Source: Phoronis australis (Eukaryota; Animalia; Phoronida). From it: 64,000 nucleotides of DNA. Location: assembly GCA_002633005.1 (NCBI GenBank), contig NMRA01000102.1:337477-401476 (forward strand), read 5' to 3'. The notes beneath the pieces are model-generated. The model worked only from the letters and a program-made list of their open reading frames with translations. It had not been told where the DNA came from and searched no databases. Of the stretch, positions 51,101 through 60,345 are shown in pieces (the stretch's first letter is position 1; the number at the start of each line of letters is the position of its first letter). A program made the translations under genes and the position numbers.

Positions 51101-54004
51101 AATGCACTTGTCGGTTAGAAAGCACTGATTCAACTTTCACGTTGGCAAGTAGCCTTGCAGTCTAGAGCCTTTCAATGGCGGTCGTGAAGAAGAGTAATGC
51201 CGTGCTAGCATGAACGAAGTTAACTTTGCGATCTGAAACTTGTGAGTATTTAACATTGCAGGTAAGAGCATAATCTGAACATTTTCTCGATGGTGCGTAA
51301 AAATGGCGGGAAAATTTTGAGACCTGGCATTTATAAATGCGAGCTGGATTTCCAAAATGCGACCTGGGATTTTGGCTAGGTTGCAAAATGCAATCTGGCG
51401 ATTTTAATAGCGCCAAGGCCTGACTTTTCCAAAATATTTTTGGCCCACTTCAGAAAACAACAACCTGGTCTTACCTAACACAGTTGGCCATCACCACAAA
51501 TTCCTTTCCATCAGGCAGCTGCACCACATATTGGAAATTGGCTGGGTTTTCAGAACTGACACAGGGAGTAGGTTTCCTGAGGGGTCTAAAATAAAAAGAT
51601 GTCTATAAGGACAACTGTGTCTACTGTCTCAAAAGTTTGTGTGATCAACTGTCCTATTCAAAGTTAAGTCAATCAAAGTAAATGTCAATCACTCCTATGA
51701 CTGACAACCTTGGTGACATCACCACATCTTTTCAAGTGTGCATGAAAGTATACTTTTTGAGTCCTCAAACAGCAACATCTCAAATACAATGTTTTTCCCT
51801 TACCATTTACATGGCTATGAATTGACATCTTAATCTGATTACCCAAAGTGACAGGCACAGTTTCAAAAAACAGCCCAACTTTTAAATTGTGTGTAAAAGA
51901 TGATTATGTCAGTATTACGTTCACTAATTGCCGAGCGTGCCAAAATATTTAGCTAACTAAAAACTGATTCAAAACGCAGTAAGAAATTACTAAGTTATTC
52001 GAACTGGAGCATCCCTGTAAATTTCTTATCCTAGAAATTTGACATTTTTCAAAACTGACACACTTATAAAGTTTAACTGTACATAACCCAAAATGGTCCA
52101 CAACTCCACACGCAATCTTGCGAGTTGACGGACTATAAACTGGACTACCAATTATCAGAAATTTGAATAGGCTATTCCATTAAAAACTGACAAAAGTGAA
52201 ACAAATGTTTTGATTCACTACGAAACTTAACGCAATCCGCTTAATGTGTACGAGTGTGAAATGAGGCAGCTTGCTCGGGAAGTTTACCAGCATGAGTACG
52301 TGAGCTCACTATTTGAGCAGAGAATATGAATGAGCAAAATATTAAGCTTGAACATCAGATTAACTTACTCCTCCTCACTGTCATCTGAATCCAACACTAT
52401 CAACTCTGGAGCACATGTCTTTTCCTGGATTACTTTTATCACTTTCACTCCCATAACTCTGTAAAAAGATAAACCGAATTACGTACACCAACACATTCAA
52501 TGAACAACTACAGAGTAAGAAATTAGAATAATTATGCCTATATTCGGAATTAGGTACATGGGCCAATATGCGAACCACTTGAATAAAACCATGCCTAAAG
52601 GTGATGGTATGGGTGTAGATGCATTCTATTTACTTTTTAACATTCTCAGTTAATTGAATTGGCTCGTGGAATACAATGAAGAATCTTGTGAACAACATAA
52701 ACTTGAAAAATATGCCCAGACATACTGCATGTACATGTATTTAGTTTGCACCTAAATTAATTGTAAACACTTGTTCACATTTTTAACTGGGAATATTAAA
52801 TTACATGACACATTAAATGTCAATCAAACATTTGTTTTTTTCAAACATTAGAAATTATTCAGGACTGTTTCAAGACTAATTTTGTTCATCCTTTACAAAT
52901 ATGAAACAAGGCATGCACCGAGCTGTACCAGGGACACTCATGCTGACATATAAGCCTAACTTAGGTACATACCCTATAAATGCAAAATACTTGAGTAGAC
53001 AATAGTCTTAGCAAAAAAATTCAGATATAAGCGAATGGCCTCAATACGGGCATATCGGGGAGGCCTAATCAAGTTTTTTACCGATTTTAAGTAACACCAA
53101 GTAAATGACATTAGCCAAAACAAACGAGTTCACTTAAACTTATTACAAGGTTGAGAATGATCCACAATCTATGGATGGGAAGAAACTATAGAAATGGAGA
53201 TTTAGCCTACTATATATTTAATATAGAATGAGAGTGCATTGCTGTGCCTAGAAGATCGAGTAGGTGGTAATGGGGTTAAGCAGTCAGCAGCATTCATTGC
53301 AACTACACCGTTAACAATTTTGTACAGTAAAACGAGTTTCATGTTACCCCTTCTATTTTCCAGAGATCCACTTATTAACAGGTTGTATGATTTCTATGGG
53401 AATTCTCTGAATATTCATGATTGTCACCTTTTACGACATCAACCCAAACTCACTTTTCCTCTTCTGCAACAGCAGCATCCACGATTTCGCCCTTGAAGAA
53501 TCTGTCTTTCACGTAGACAAACACATCATCATTCACATCACTGAGTCGAGTTCGCTTGGTTCGTGATGCCAGGTATAAAACCACTCGTCTCAGATACGCT
53601 GGAAATGAGTCCAAGTGCTTCCTGGCTCGTTCCTCGGATTCCAGGGCCTCCTGATAGGTAAGTCCAGATCTCCCAGTTATTCCACAGTTCCATACCAAGC
53701 TGTTGCATTCTATGACCCGATTGAAAAATTCCCTAAGAGAACAAAAGCCATCTGTTAGAAAATGGCGCAGTGGCCTATCAGTCATTGCGATCAAAATTTT
53801 TGAGACAGGCATTAGGCAAATCCGAAATCCTTGGGATTCACGTGGGAGCAGACCAGGTGTAAACGCATAAAAAAACAAAACATATACTTACTCGTAATCA
53901 CGGAAGATTTCGTTTGTTGTCTCACAACAGAATACTTCTTCGTCGGGATTGATATCGGCAGGAGGCCTTTTCCTGACAAAAGGTTGCTTTCTCAAAAGCG
54001 GCAT
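12363..54004 (-). CDS. BAZ1A: BAZ1A/ACF1 (ISWI chromatin-remodeller accessory subunit), 26 coding exons, about 1552 aa
   Basis: N-terminus MPLLRKQPFVRKRPPADINPDEEVFCCETTNEIFRDYEEFFNRVIECNSLVWNCGITGRSGLTYQEALESE (WAC), DDT (LPSELFGDAIMLLEF), WPQLHQG...EILRLHFLSSG...RYQQRGG, WHIM1, LGQDRAFRRFWVF, WSYYST...LNPRGFRE, PHD (CKIC...MLLCDGCDRGHHMFCLKPP...GEWYCPEC) and bromodomain; all exon phases are compatible. Confidence 0.97.
13242..16171. mobile_element. Helentron-associated (HINE-like) non-autonomous element with internal repeats and duplication
   Basis: Starts AACAAGAG plus hairpin cgctc-ggag-gagcg; ends hairpin tacttt-ggcg-aaagta plus A run; internal ~650-bp repeated blocks. Confidence 0.55.
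16393..16529 (-). CDS. BAZ1A: BAZ1A exon 25 (bromodomain start)
   Basis: atcag|AA GCT...GAT|gtaagt; EKLVYEIVDHEDSWLFLKPVSKRD. Confidence 0.92.
17073..17200. repeat. 27-bp minisatellite
   Basis: gggctcagtacaaggggtgattcagaa x4-5. Confidence 0.9.
17505..17741. repeat. 60-bp minisatellite x4
   Basis: aatgaagttatctatgactggtaacaagggtgttactggaacactggtcggtct repeated; partial seed at 17401-17430. Confidence 0.95.
17994..18242 (-). CDS. BAZ1A: BAZ1A exon 24 (S/R-rich linker)
   Basis: attag|GA ATG CGG...GAT G|gtatgt. Confidence 0.8.
18720..18837. repeat. 22-bp minisatellite
   Basis: (ctcaatattgttattcatcatt) x5. Confidence 0.95.
18939..19030 (-). CDS. BAZ1A: BAZ1A exon 23 (GC donor)
   Basis: gatag|C TCT GAA...AAA G|gcaagt. 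Confidence 0.75.
19276..19454 (-). CDS. BAZ1A: BAZ1A exon 22 (end of PHD, acidic tract)
   Basis: ggtag|AAA ATA CCT...GAC AG|gtaatg; IPQGEWYCPECRPK. Confidence 0.92.
20130..20380 (-). CDS. BAZ1A: BAZ1A exon 21 (PHD finger, first part)
   Basis: tacag|GT GAC...GTC AAG|gtattt; WEESLMKCTSLSQVFLHLSTLDTSIIWSKSVLNARCKIC...CDGCDRGHHMFCLKPP. Confidence 0.95.
20715..21372 (-). mobile_element. Interspersed repeat, inverted partial copy of 62811-63415
   Basis: Shared blocks tttatccca...aatacggccatgt...ttttccg(c/t)attcacctcc and gtgggatattacttcat(g/c)tacgccactctcgg. Confidence 0.7.
22177..22305 (-). CDS. BAZ1A: BAZ1A exon 20
   Basis: ttcag|GA GAG ACT...AAA G|gttagg; K/E-rich linker. Confidence 0.82.
22320..22512. 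repeat. ~34-bp minisatellite abutting the exon 20 acceptor
   Basis: cctgcatcatgtgagctgaaccaatgagagtgaa x5. Confidence 0.95.
23579..23700 (-). CDS. BAZ1A: BAZ1A exon 19
   Basis: tgcag|T GCC GAT...CTG G|gtaagg; VKDLSRALLQIQQGIEPRFLSTPL. Confidence 0.9.
23783..24222. repeat. ~51-bp minisatellite
   Basis: ccaaaattgaccaatcacatcacccaaaattaaacatttcaaccaagcatg repeated. Confidence 0.95.
24661..24880. repeat. 30-bp minisatellite
   Basis: tgtttgaccaatcataagttgaaagaattc x7. Confidence 0.95.
25335..25441 (-). CDS. BAZ1A: BAZ1A exon 18
   Basis: ttcag|GTA AAG AAC...ACG AG|gtacta; VKNRAQWREAIENGSY. Confidence 0.85.
26243..26780. repeat. ~63-bp minisatellite x8-9
   Basis: gggttgggaagacctcactattgaacactacttcagaccagagtctttgcattcgtttgatcagat repeated. 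Confidence 0.95.
27052..27281. repeat. 12-bp minisatellite (tgcactactctg)n
   Basis: Near-perfect tandem array. Confidence 0.95.
27582..28094 (-). CDS. BAZ1A: BAZ1A exon 17 (WHIM3/WSD)
   Basis: tttag|AAC AAT...ATC AAG|gtgaga; WSYYSTTEEVEQLIQSLNPRGFRECALK...LELNLREMLLDMEERIYAGSLGAIK-type motif. Confidence 0.92.
28203..31107 (-). mobile_element. Tc2/pogo-like HIRAN-bearing element, copy 2, interrupted by a nested element and a gap
   Basis: ta|CCGTATTCGCCCTAATAAGCGCCC ... CTTATTAGGCTGAATACGG|ta; co-linear with copy 1. Confidence 0.85.
28877..30351. mobile_element. hAT-like element with an apparent 5-bp TSD, nested in copy 2 (spans the N gap)
   Basis: cactg|CAGTGTTCTCCACAAC ... GTCGTGGAGACCACTG|cactg; subterminal tttaaacaggacgc repeats. 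Confidence 0.7.
31389..31760 (-). CDS. BAZ1A: BAZ1A exon 16 (WHIM2/WSD)
   Basis: tgcag|GAG GGC...ATC AAG|gtaagg; ILPLGQDRAFRRFWVFESIPGVFVE. Confidence 0.93.
31797..31905. repeat. 16-bp tandem repeat
   Basis: cacttaaactaacgtc variants x6-7. Confidence 0.85.
32497..33165. repeat. 27-bp minisatellite (~23 units) followed by a (CA)n microsatellite
   Basis: ggctctaattcactggacactacacca repeated; (ac)n at 33118-33165. Confidence 0.95.
33224..33374 (-). CDS. BAZ1A: BAZ1A exon 15
   Basis: ttcag|A ATA CAA...ATT CAG|gtgagt; phase-compatible with neighbours. Confidence 0.8.
33388..33540. repeat. 39-bp minisatellite x4 abutting the exon 15 acceptor
   Basis: aatcacaactgaacaacaaatacatggctatatccatc repeated. 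Confidence 0.95.
33730..34161. mobile_element. Harbinger/PIF-like MITE nested at the TIR edge of copy 3
   Basis: CAG|cggccggctgcattaaacagtcccaaatag ... ctaattgggactgtttcatgcaaccgggca|CAG; ~45-bp TIR, 3-bp CWG TSD. Confidence 0.75.
35168..35488 (+). CDS. HIRAN-like domain ORF inside the transposon (possibly a pseudogene)
   Basis: SSIRSFHMHKEIW...GEDLYGKETIQYNPFDKYAAFVLKGQTIVGHVPRKISRTFAFFLKRGGSLKYIVTAK...RGLQIPPTMIFSG; resembles the stand-alone metazoan HIRAN pattern RG(Y/F)HxY...W...NxxDxxAV...GHVP...GLE(I/V)P. Confidence 0.65.
   Translation, partial: SSIRSFHMHKEIWILVEGEDLYGKETIQYNPFDKYAAFVLKGQTIVGHVPRKISRTFAFFLKRGGSLKYIVTAKYPHRSETRGLQIPPTMIFSGLSDLIDKLKTLL
35897..36120. repeat. 39-bp minisatellite x6
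   Basis: attgcaaccaaggtaatatattgctatattgacgaaatc repeated. Confidence 0.95.
36930..38402 (+). mobile_element. Tc2/pogo-like HIRAN-bearing element, copy 4, internally deleted
   Basis: ta|CAGTATTCACCCTAAGCGCCC ... GGGCGAATACGG|ta; retains the GGSLKCIVMAKYPH...RGLQI segment. Confidence 0.8.
37318..37795. mobile_element. hAT-like MITE nested in copy 4
   Basis: TIR CAGGGTTTGGAA ... TTCCAAGCCCTG; TSD not recognisable (adjacent deletion). Confidence 0.6.
39996..40115 (-). CDS. BAZ1A: BAZ1A exon 14
   Basis: tacag|A TAC AAG...AAC AA|gtaggt; K/E/R-rich. Confidence 0.85.
40842..41007 (-). CDS. BAZ1A: BAZ1A exon 13 (WHIM1)
   Basis: ttcag|CT GAT AAG...GCA AG|gtaatt; DKLKILTALSHQILTYAASRDLIDD...EREEAAAR. 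Confidence 0.92.
41446..42537. repeat. 36-bp tandem repeat spanning the BAZ1A exon 12 donor; contains the assembly gap 41672-42396
   Basis: (cctggtgtcatgtcaaagatgctggtagtacaaata)n on both sides of the gap. Confidence 0.95.
42504..42728 (-). CDS. BAZ1A: BAZ1A exon 12 (3' end ambiguous because the donor is repeated down to 41448)
   Basis: tacag|GA ATG CCT...ACA CCA G|gtattt; TLTEILRLHFLSSG...RYQQRGGYSSLDDAGLEL...TSIFDMTP. Confidence 0.85.
43188..43271 (-). CDS. BAZ1A: BAZ1A exon 11
   Basis: tctag|TG GAT...CAA G|gtttgt; ATLASQWPQLHQG. Confidence 0.9.
43685..43856. repeat. 54-56 bp tandem triplication of the exon 10 donor region
   Basis: tcacctctttgtaacctatgcacaacagctgactatgtgcctacctgccacagtcg x3. 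Confidence 0.95.
43839..43991 (-). CDS. BAZ1A: BAZ1A exon 10 (end of DDT)
   Basis: tgtag|AA ACC TTG...GCA G|gtaggc; LEQALVDPDTNGPLTDLCEALLSTI. Confidence 0.9.
44676..44814 (-). CDS. BAZ1A: BAZ1A exon 9 (DDT)
   Basis: tgcag|CCC CTT...TAT A|gtgaga; PLPKSTPVRTCLPSELFGDAIMLLEFTKHFDAVLDMEDHFPDG. Confidence 0.92.
45708..45803 (-). CDS. BAZ1A: BAZ1A exon 8
   Basis: tttag|GAA AGG...CTC AGG|gtaggc; LKEWSKQRDDLECDDLR. Confidence 0.9.
46195..46345. repeat. ~30-bp minisatellite
   Basis: aagacaccatcccttccctgctactaaa x5. Confidence 0.9.
46391..46670. mobile_element. Inverted pair of Penelope pLTR-like segments with degenerate minimal hammerhead motifs
   Basis: 46391-46443 is the reverse complement of 46620-46670; motif GATGA-t-gtcta/tagac-GAAACGTC. 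Confidence 0.55.
47034..47224 (-). CDS. BAZ1A: BAZ1A exon 7 (charged coiled coil); alternative acceptor at 47260
   Basis: ttcag|AA AAG AAT...ATG GAG|gtgagt. Confidence 0.75.
47650..47885 (+). mobile_element. tRNA-derived SINE
   Basis: A box TGGCCTGGTTG, B box GGTTCGAGTCC; body shared with 58085-58222; T-rich tail. Confidence 0.8.
48173..48331. repeat. 52-bp tandem repeat x3
   Basis: ttttgagctgtcaagacaactatgggcagaaatgctgcaagataatacaaac repeated. Confidence 0.95.
48637..48844 (-). CDS. BAZ1A: BAZ1A exon 6 (3' end probably a GC donor)
   Basis: tgcag|AGC AAA ATT...; YFSSLPPVFP; phase fits AAG AAA G|gcaggt. Confidence 0.75.
49439..49526 (-). CDS. BAZ1A: BAZ1A exon 5
   Basis: ttcag|C CGG AAG...AAG|gttagt; RKKGLFTRDKCKLFLKQHCE. 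Confidence 0.9.
49719..51422. mobile_element. hAT-like non-autonomous element, near full length
   Basis: Left end caagactcgac (family end CAGGGCTCGAC); subterminal ggtcgcatt/aatgcga repeats at both ends; right 1 kb matches 435-1409. Confidence 0.6.
51475..51585 (-). CDS. BAZ1A: BAZ1A exon 4
   Basis: tttag|A CCC...GTT AG|gtaaga; NPANFQYVVQLPDGKEFVVMANCVS. Confidence 0.8.
52369..52458 (-). CDS. BAZ1A: BAZ1A exon 3
   Basis: tacag|A GTT ATG...GAG GA|gtaagt; VKVIKVIQEKTCAPELIVLDSDDSEE. Confidence 0.8.
53150..53375 (-). mobile_element. LINE (CR1/L2-like) ORF2 C-terminal relic
   Basis: SLENRRGNMKLVLLYKIVNGVVAMNAADCLTP...TRSSRHSNALSF...YSFFPS; resembles the LxxRR...LxLLYKIxNG...YSFFPRTI tail of these LINEs. 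Confidence 0.65.
53454..53732 (-). CDS. BAZ1A: BAZ1A exon 2 (WAC)
   Basis: cttag|G GAA TTT TTC...GAA AA|gtgagt; CNSLVWNCGITGRSGLTYQEALESE. Confidence 0.93.
53892..54004 (-). CDS. BAZ1A: BAZ1A coding exon 1 (WAC start)
   Basis: aagATG CCG CTT TTG...TAC GA|gtaagt. Confidence 0.93.
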
Positions 54005-56579
54005 CTTGAATTTTGGAGGGAAAACAATGTCCAATTCTGAATGGACAAATTTGGCCTAATTTTGATAGTCACGACTAAAAGTTGTTCACCAAAATACTCT
54101 CCACAATATTAATTTACATATCACACAACCAATCCCACAAAATTAGTGATATTGAAGCGATAATTTCGACGAAGTCCACAGGACTTTACTTCTCCACGAC
54201 AAAGAGGTCAGAGTGGCCGAGCCAAATGAGTGTGCAACTTGAGTGAGTGGAACAGAATGAGTAGGGGGTAAAATAATTTCACATAACTTTGTGTAACATT
54301 CATATTGTTCATTGATATTTTTTCAGGGGAAAAATCAATCTTTATTGTTTACGTGTGCAAATTTTCACGATCTAGTACTGAGTTTTTAAAAAGAAAACAA
54401 CGAAATAGTAAACCAAATTTTCACGAGGTGAAAATGTTCCATTTGCAAGTAGGTTGTCGTTAGATTGTTTCGCTCACTATGATTGGTCAGATTGCTTTAT
54501 GACTGACAGAGTATTCAAATTAGGCTCTGAATAAGCATAACGAAATACAACGCGTCCTCTGGTGGGAACAAGTATGAAAGCAACCGGTGTGTTCTGCGAA
54601 GGGGCTCAGTAAAAAGTGAATCCGGAATTTGAAAGAACGCTTTTGGCACTTTGGGAAAGGACTTGAAAATTACAGTTAATGCTGTGTTTGAAGTTGGAAT
54701 TTTGTTTGATCTGAAGATCGCATATGTGTGAACTCGGAACCCGAATAAATGAACCTCATAAGTTCGTTCAAATACTAAGTGTGCCGGACCAGTCCAAGAG
54801 TTGTCGTTTGCCGGCGGCCGAGTGCGTTGGCTTGCATTCACATATCGCCTGACGAAAAAGACTTTTGAATGGGACTTAAGTCATTGTGGAAAAAATGGTC
54901 AGCTGAACTAAAATGCATTTTCAATTGTACAATATGAATAATATCTTTGCATCCAACTCCGAATTCTTTCTGTCCTAGAATGCATTGAATTCCTTCATTA
55001 TGATTCAATAGAAAATTCAGTGGAAGGAGGGAATTATGTCAAAACCAAAATTGAGAACTTACATGACATTTAGGAAAATTTAAGGAATATTTAAATTTGT
55101 GTTTTCCTAGAGTAAGAAGGCTTTTATTTTACCAGTTTAGATTTGGTATTCTCCCATTGGGTGATAAAGGCTGGAAGGTACACGACTGAGCTAGGTTATG
55201 TCGCTTATGTGGTCTTCGTCAGTGCAGTCTTTTTCATGACTGACAAAGAGTGCTATGTAACGTTTCATTTTCTGAAATTTTCAAGATTTTGTTTATTTTT
55301 ATTGCAAATTGATAAAATTTTATATATGAGACTGGTTGTTACAAATCGAGCGCACGGGTGGCGGGTGTCACCTGAAATAATACAAGATGAACAGATGCAA
55401 ATAAAATCAACAGAATGAATTGAATTGGTTAGCATTTTCACCAGACTTAAACACAGCTGAGAACGGGACAAACTCAGCCTCAGAAAATAAAGAAAACGCT
55501 ACGACCGTCACCTATTTCTGTTTCAGTGTTTACGAACATAATGACATTGCCCATACTTGTGTCAGAACTCATAAATTAACACTGTGGGATGTGAACCGTC
55601 AGTGGCGGATCTACGTTTTCACCAAGGGGGGGGTTTAGGATTCCCGCCAAGGTCGAATCCTAGGCGCGTGGCGCCGAGCGTGGGGAGGTCGGGAGGGGGT
55701 TTCCCCTCCCGAGTAAGATATTTTTTTGTTTTTGTAGCCAAATAGTGAAATTTCCATGCACCCTGGTAAGTTTCTGGCACTTAACATGTCTCTGGAGTTT
55801 TTCTTAAGATAATTAAAAACCCTTCTCGATTTCGTCACATGAACGTGAAACCATGTTGTGCGCATCTGGGTATGAGTCACGCCACCAGCAAAAATTTTTG
55901 TTGGAACATCTGCTTACACACACCTTTTTTAGCATACGAAAAGTCGTATACGAAAAAGTGTGGTGTGTATACAGGGGTTAAGACAATTTCCAAATATTCA
56001 AGAGCATAATTAAGGAGCACCGACGGGGCGTAAAAACTTGAATATCAGATGATCGCGTAACAGCAGCCTCAAGTTGTTTAAGAACGAAGACCTGTACTGT
56101 TAGTCCGGAAATAAACATGCTCTCAACTCATATTCTATTATTAAAAACGACAATAAATAATTAGGTATCACTTTATTAAGCTGAATCACGTTGACAACAA
56201 TTAAAAAACGTCAAATCTATCAGGAAACAAATCATCTGAAAACAGTTTCACGAAACCAAAACATCCTGTGCACAGTGGTGAAAAGATACACTGGACTAGT
56301 TTGCAGAGAGACCAGATGAGTACACCTGTGCTTATTATCCCTATGAAAATAGTCGATCTGTCGCGGGACCAAACAGTACTGGCTGAGATAAATAGTTTTA
56401 CAAAGCACACTTTGGTAAAAAAAATCACAAGACTAGTTCGCCGAGGGACCAGAAGTACACTGAAACTCAGCATCTACACAAATCAAGCTGGCCTGGTCCG
56501 TCGCGAGACCTAAAGTGTACTATGCAAAGCATTTTGAATTGAAAACTTCTCTCTAAAATTTTAATCCCCAGTGGTTACT

Positions 56580-56900
56580 CATACGTTAGTCCTATCCTTC
56601 TGTTGTCTAGACTACCGAGGAATTTGTATATCGGATCCAATGATTTGCTCGTCTTGGAACCATTCTACCCAGATATCTTCGATGTTTGTTCCCAACGCTT
56701 GCACTTCGTCAACTGCTGTGTCAATGAGCTTGTAAGCCTCTACAATGTCAGCATCTCGTTTCGCAGCTCAGTTGACACTAAGACCCTTGAGGTTGCCAAG
56801 TCCATTCAAAAGACTTACATGCGCAACTAAATTTGATCAGTTCATCATGGACTACTTCAAACCTTGACGAAGCATCCCAGGACCTATTTGCATCTCTTGC
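56580..56900 (-). pseudogene. hAT (Tip100/THAP12-PRKRIR-like) transposase fragment
   Basis: SWDASSR...LVAHVSLLNGLGNLKGLSVN*AAKRDADIVEAYKLIDTAVDEVQALGTNIEDIWVEWFQD...IQIPR*SRQQKDRTNV; two in-frame stops. Confidence 0.7.
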
Positions 56901-58042
56901 AATTTTCGAAATAAACGTCCCAATGTCTGAACGCTTGAAACCCGAAGTACTAATATCAAATAAATGCCCATTGGCATGAGCGTTTCATCGGGTGAGCCTT
57001 TCTGCGGAAATTCCCAGTATAGAAGACGGCAGTGTGCTTATTGCAGGTAGACAGACGGTAGGTGTTGAGGTCGGAACTAGGGCTCCTTAGGAGGCCTATT
57101 GGACATCACTTGAGCTCTTAATGAAAAATGTAGTACTAATTTATGAAATAAACACCTACAGAAGGGTGACTTTCCTGGACGCTGACTCTTAAACTAGTCC
57201 GTTTTTTTCGATTACTCTCTGTCATATGGGTGGGTATCTCAAATTATGTCTCCACCCCGTCAAAATGCAGTGGAGTACCCCATGCTATACTATATCCGGG
57301 CTGTAGAATACCGGATTTACAAAAAAAAACGTTAAAAAATGTAAGTCGCCAATTACCAAACATTCACCCTATCAATGACCAATCCTGTTGATTAAAACAG
57401 AGAAAGCATGAAACTGAAATAAGACCTGAACTATTCTAACAAGAGACCAACTTCCGGTTATCACACCAGTGCATAATGCTAAAATATCGCAGTCAACGAA
57501 AACTACCAATTTGTTTATTTTTGGGGTAACCCTTTGAACAAGCATTTACGATTTTGTGTATGCAATAGTTACTAGTTCAGGAAAGAGTGACATATCCAGT
57601 GAAAATGTTGACTAATCACCTTTGACATGTTCCTCACATTTTGTCGCTTTATATTCAAGATATAAGTACAACAGTCACGGCAAAAGTGATAAATACAATT
57701 TGTCCTTTTTTACTTCAATGTTGAATTATGAGTCTCATTCGAAAAAACTCAAAAACGTTTCATAAATTACAATCCTTTGACATTTTGTGCATAGCTATTT
57801 GCTGAATTCATAAAAGATGAGGTTCAGCGCCTCAACTATGGCCACTGTTGAGTTGATGCAACCAGCGTCTCAAGAGTTTGAGGTTGGCCAACCTTACGAA
57901 ACTTGTGGATTCTCAAGTGGCGCACGTACGCATTTCCTGTGACTTGAATACCATCTCATTCGGCAATAGTTCAAGATCGCACGAGTGTGCTTATGTTTTT
58001 AAACCCCGGAAGCTCTTCAGTTAAGAATTCAAAGTGATCATC

Positions 58043-58043
<1 letters not shown>

Positions 58044-58080
<37 letters not shown>

Positions 58081-58222
58081 CTTGCAGACGGTTTAGTACA
58101 CGTTGTACCAGACGTGGACAGGCTGCTCATATAGATCCACTGAACTGATCACCTGTACACGTAACCATTTTTATGCCATAGCTAAAACCGAGCTGAGGAG
58201 CTAGAGACCTGGCTCAAGGGTA
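58044..58222 (-). mobile_element. 5'-truncated SINE copy with a (GTT)n tail
   Basis: Reverse complement matches 47730-47870; (caa)n at 58044-58080. Confidence 0.75.
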
Positions 58223-59687
58223 TACAGGGCCGTAGGAAGTGGGGGGCACCCAAAATTTTCAGGCGTCAGCGTTCAGTTAAACCGTGGCAACCGACGCGTG
58301 GGGCGGGGACAGTCGAGAAAAGAAAGACTGCTAAATGCGGATAAGAGAGAAAACTCAAGAGAACATTTTACAACTCTGTATCAGTGCATGGTTTACCTTT
58401 TGAGGAGCCTGGCCAGGACATTGTTGTTGGGTTCTCCTCTTTCACAGCACAGGTCGTCTAGATGCACTTGGAAACGTGCACGTAATCATTCATACAGATA
58501 TTTCGAAAAGTCGAGAAAATTTGTAAAGCGAAGCTTTTGCGGAGCGTATTATTTACCAGATTTTTAAATTCAGTAAGTCAATTTCGCGACTGCAAAACCA
58601 TATTTTTCCAGAGGCCCCTCTCTGGCAAGGGATAACGGAGACAACTGTCGTTTTTTTTCTCGAATTGTATATTACTTGAGAAAAAATGATGACCTGACAG
58701 ATATCATCAATTGCTGCACATTTCTTGATTTTTGAAAATATAGATATTTGCACATAGAAGGGCCCCTGTCTGAAAGAGGCCATTGATGATATTCAAGTGA
58801 CCACAGTTTTCATATTTCTATTGACAAATTCTTAGGGTAAGCTCACGGAGAGAGGACGCAATGTTGGACTCTATTTTCCTGTTGTTTTTTTTTGTGAAAT
58901 CGTGCAACCAACTTTCATGTTGAGGAAGGTCACTTCCTGCACTGTCGTCTGACCACACGATGGTAGAATGAATTGTCACTCTTTTCCAAGCTTAATGATG
59001 TTTAGCTTTTCATTATTAAGGTGTCCCATTTCAGACGGGACCCTATTTCGGTGGAGCAGTTCGGAGAAATGTCCCTTTTTACATATAAATCCAACACTGC
59101 CAAGTATTCACGAGGGAAATTGTGATTCGAAATTCATCAAAAAACACAAAACATTCGTGCACAGCACAGCATTATCAAGACATTCGACCCAAACAATCAA
59201 ATAATGTGAAAAAATATAACAGGATTGACCGCCATTGAAAGGGAGTCAGGAATTTTAAAGAACATGAAGACCGCTGTTTTTTAATTACACAAAAGGACTA
59301 TTTCCGATGGTTAGTTATAAAATAATGTTACTGTTCCCTATATTATCATAAGAATAATTTTCTTTTGAAGATGGTTACTATGAGTTGTTTGTAAGGAATT
59401 CCCCAATGTGGAAAACACTGCTGTCCAGGCTACCATTGGAGTGACCGCGTAGCCTACATGTCGAACGAGTGTACCCAAATACTCAAAATTATAAAAAAAT
59501 TAAACAAATATTTCAGTGTTTTTTTAGGTCAAGTTAAATTCGTGAACCGTTATAGATACCTCGGAAAGAGCAAAAATACACCTCACTATGAATGCCCAAT
59601 CTCCCATATTCACCCGGTTACCCGTCAAAAGTTTGCGAGCATGCATCCGGAAATCGCTTATAACATTACATTTTGATTAACAAATTC

Positions 59688-60345
59688 GTTGGTTTCTGAT
59701 TTACATGTTTATGTATCTACGAAAATCGACAGGTTAATAGGTGATTTTTGGCAATTAGAAGCTAATCTTTTAAAAATGATGACGATTCAGGGAATTTAAT
59801 TGAAGCCTGAATATGGAAAAACTATGATCCGATTCCCAAATAGTAAAGTGCACTTGGACGCTTTTTGCCTATCTAAAATAACTCTCAAAAACATTGATGA
59901 AGTTTGGACACGTCCCAAAAAAAATTACTCAAAATTCAAATGACAATAAATGCATTGCTTTTTGACTTCGGTGCAAGATTTGTTGTTTGAAGTCACTAAC
60001 AGGGGATTAAACAGGAATTAAGTCATTAAATCAAGGTAAATGCAGTGCTCGTGGATTTGATTGTTGGTTTCTGATTTACATGTTTATGTATTCTACGAAA
60101 GTGGACTGATTGAGAGATGATATTTTTGACAATTAGAAGCCAATCTTGTAAGAAATGACAATACTTCACTGCATTTAATTGCAGGCCGACATTGGGGAAA
60201 ATTCGACCTATCATCAGATCCCCAAATATAAAAGTACACTAAACGATTTCTGTCTATCTGAAATAAGTCTCAAGGAAATTGATGAATTTCGCACAGCTCA
60301 ACAATGTGTCCTAAAATGTTCTCCCTATTCAAATGACAATAAATT
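59688..60345. repeat. Two diverged ~375-bp tandem units
   Basis: tggtttctgatttacatgtttatgtat... at 59690 and 60065, co-linear to caaatgacaataaat. Confidence 0.75.

Noticed and set aside
12363-54004. Alternative identity BAZ1B/WSTF or BAZ2
   Set aside because: Motifs (MPLLxxxPFVRxxPPAD, WPQLHQG, RYQxRGG, IIWSKSVLNARC) follow BAZ1A/ACF1, and there is no MBD/TAM domain
56271-56525. CACAGTG heptamer suggesting a Transib/RAG-like TIR
   Set aside because: No convincing matching CACTGTG end or 5-bp TSD; only a few diverged internal repeats
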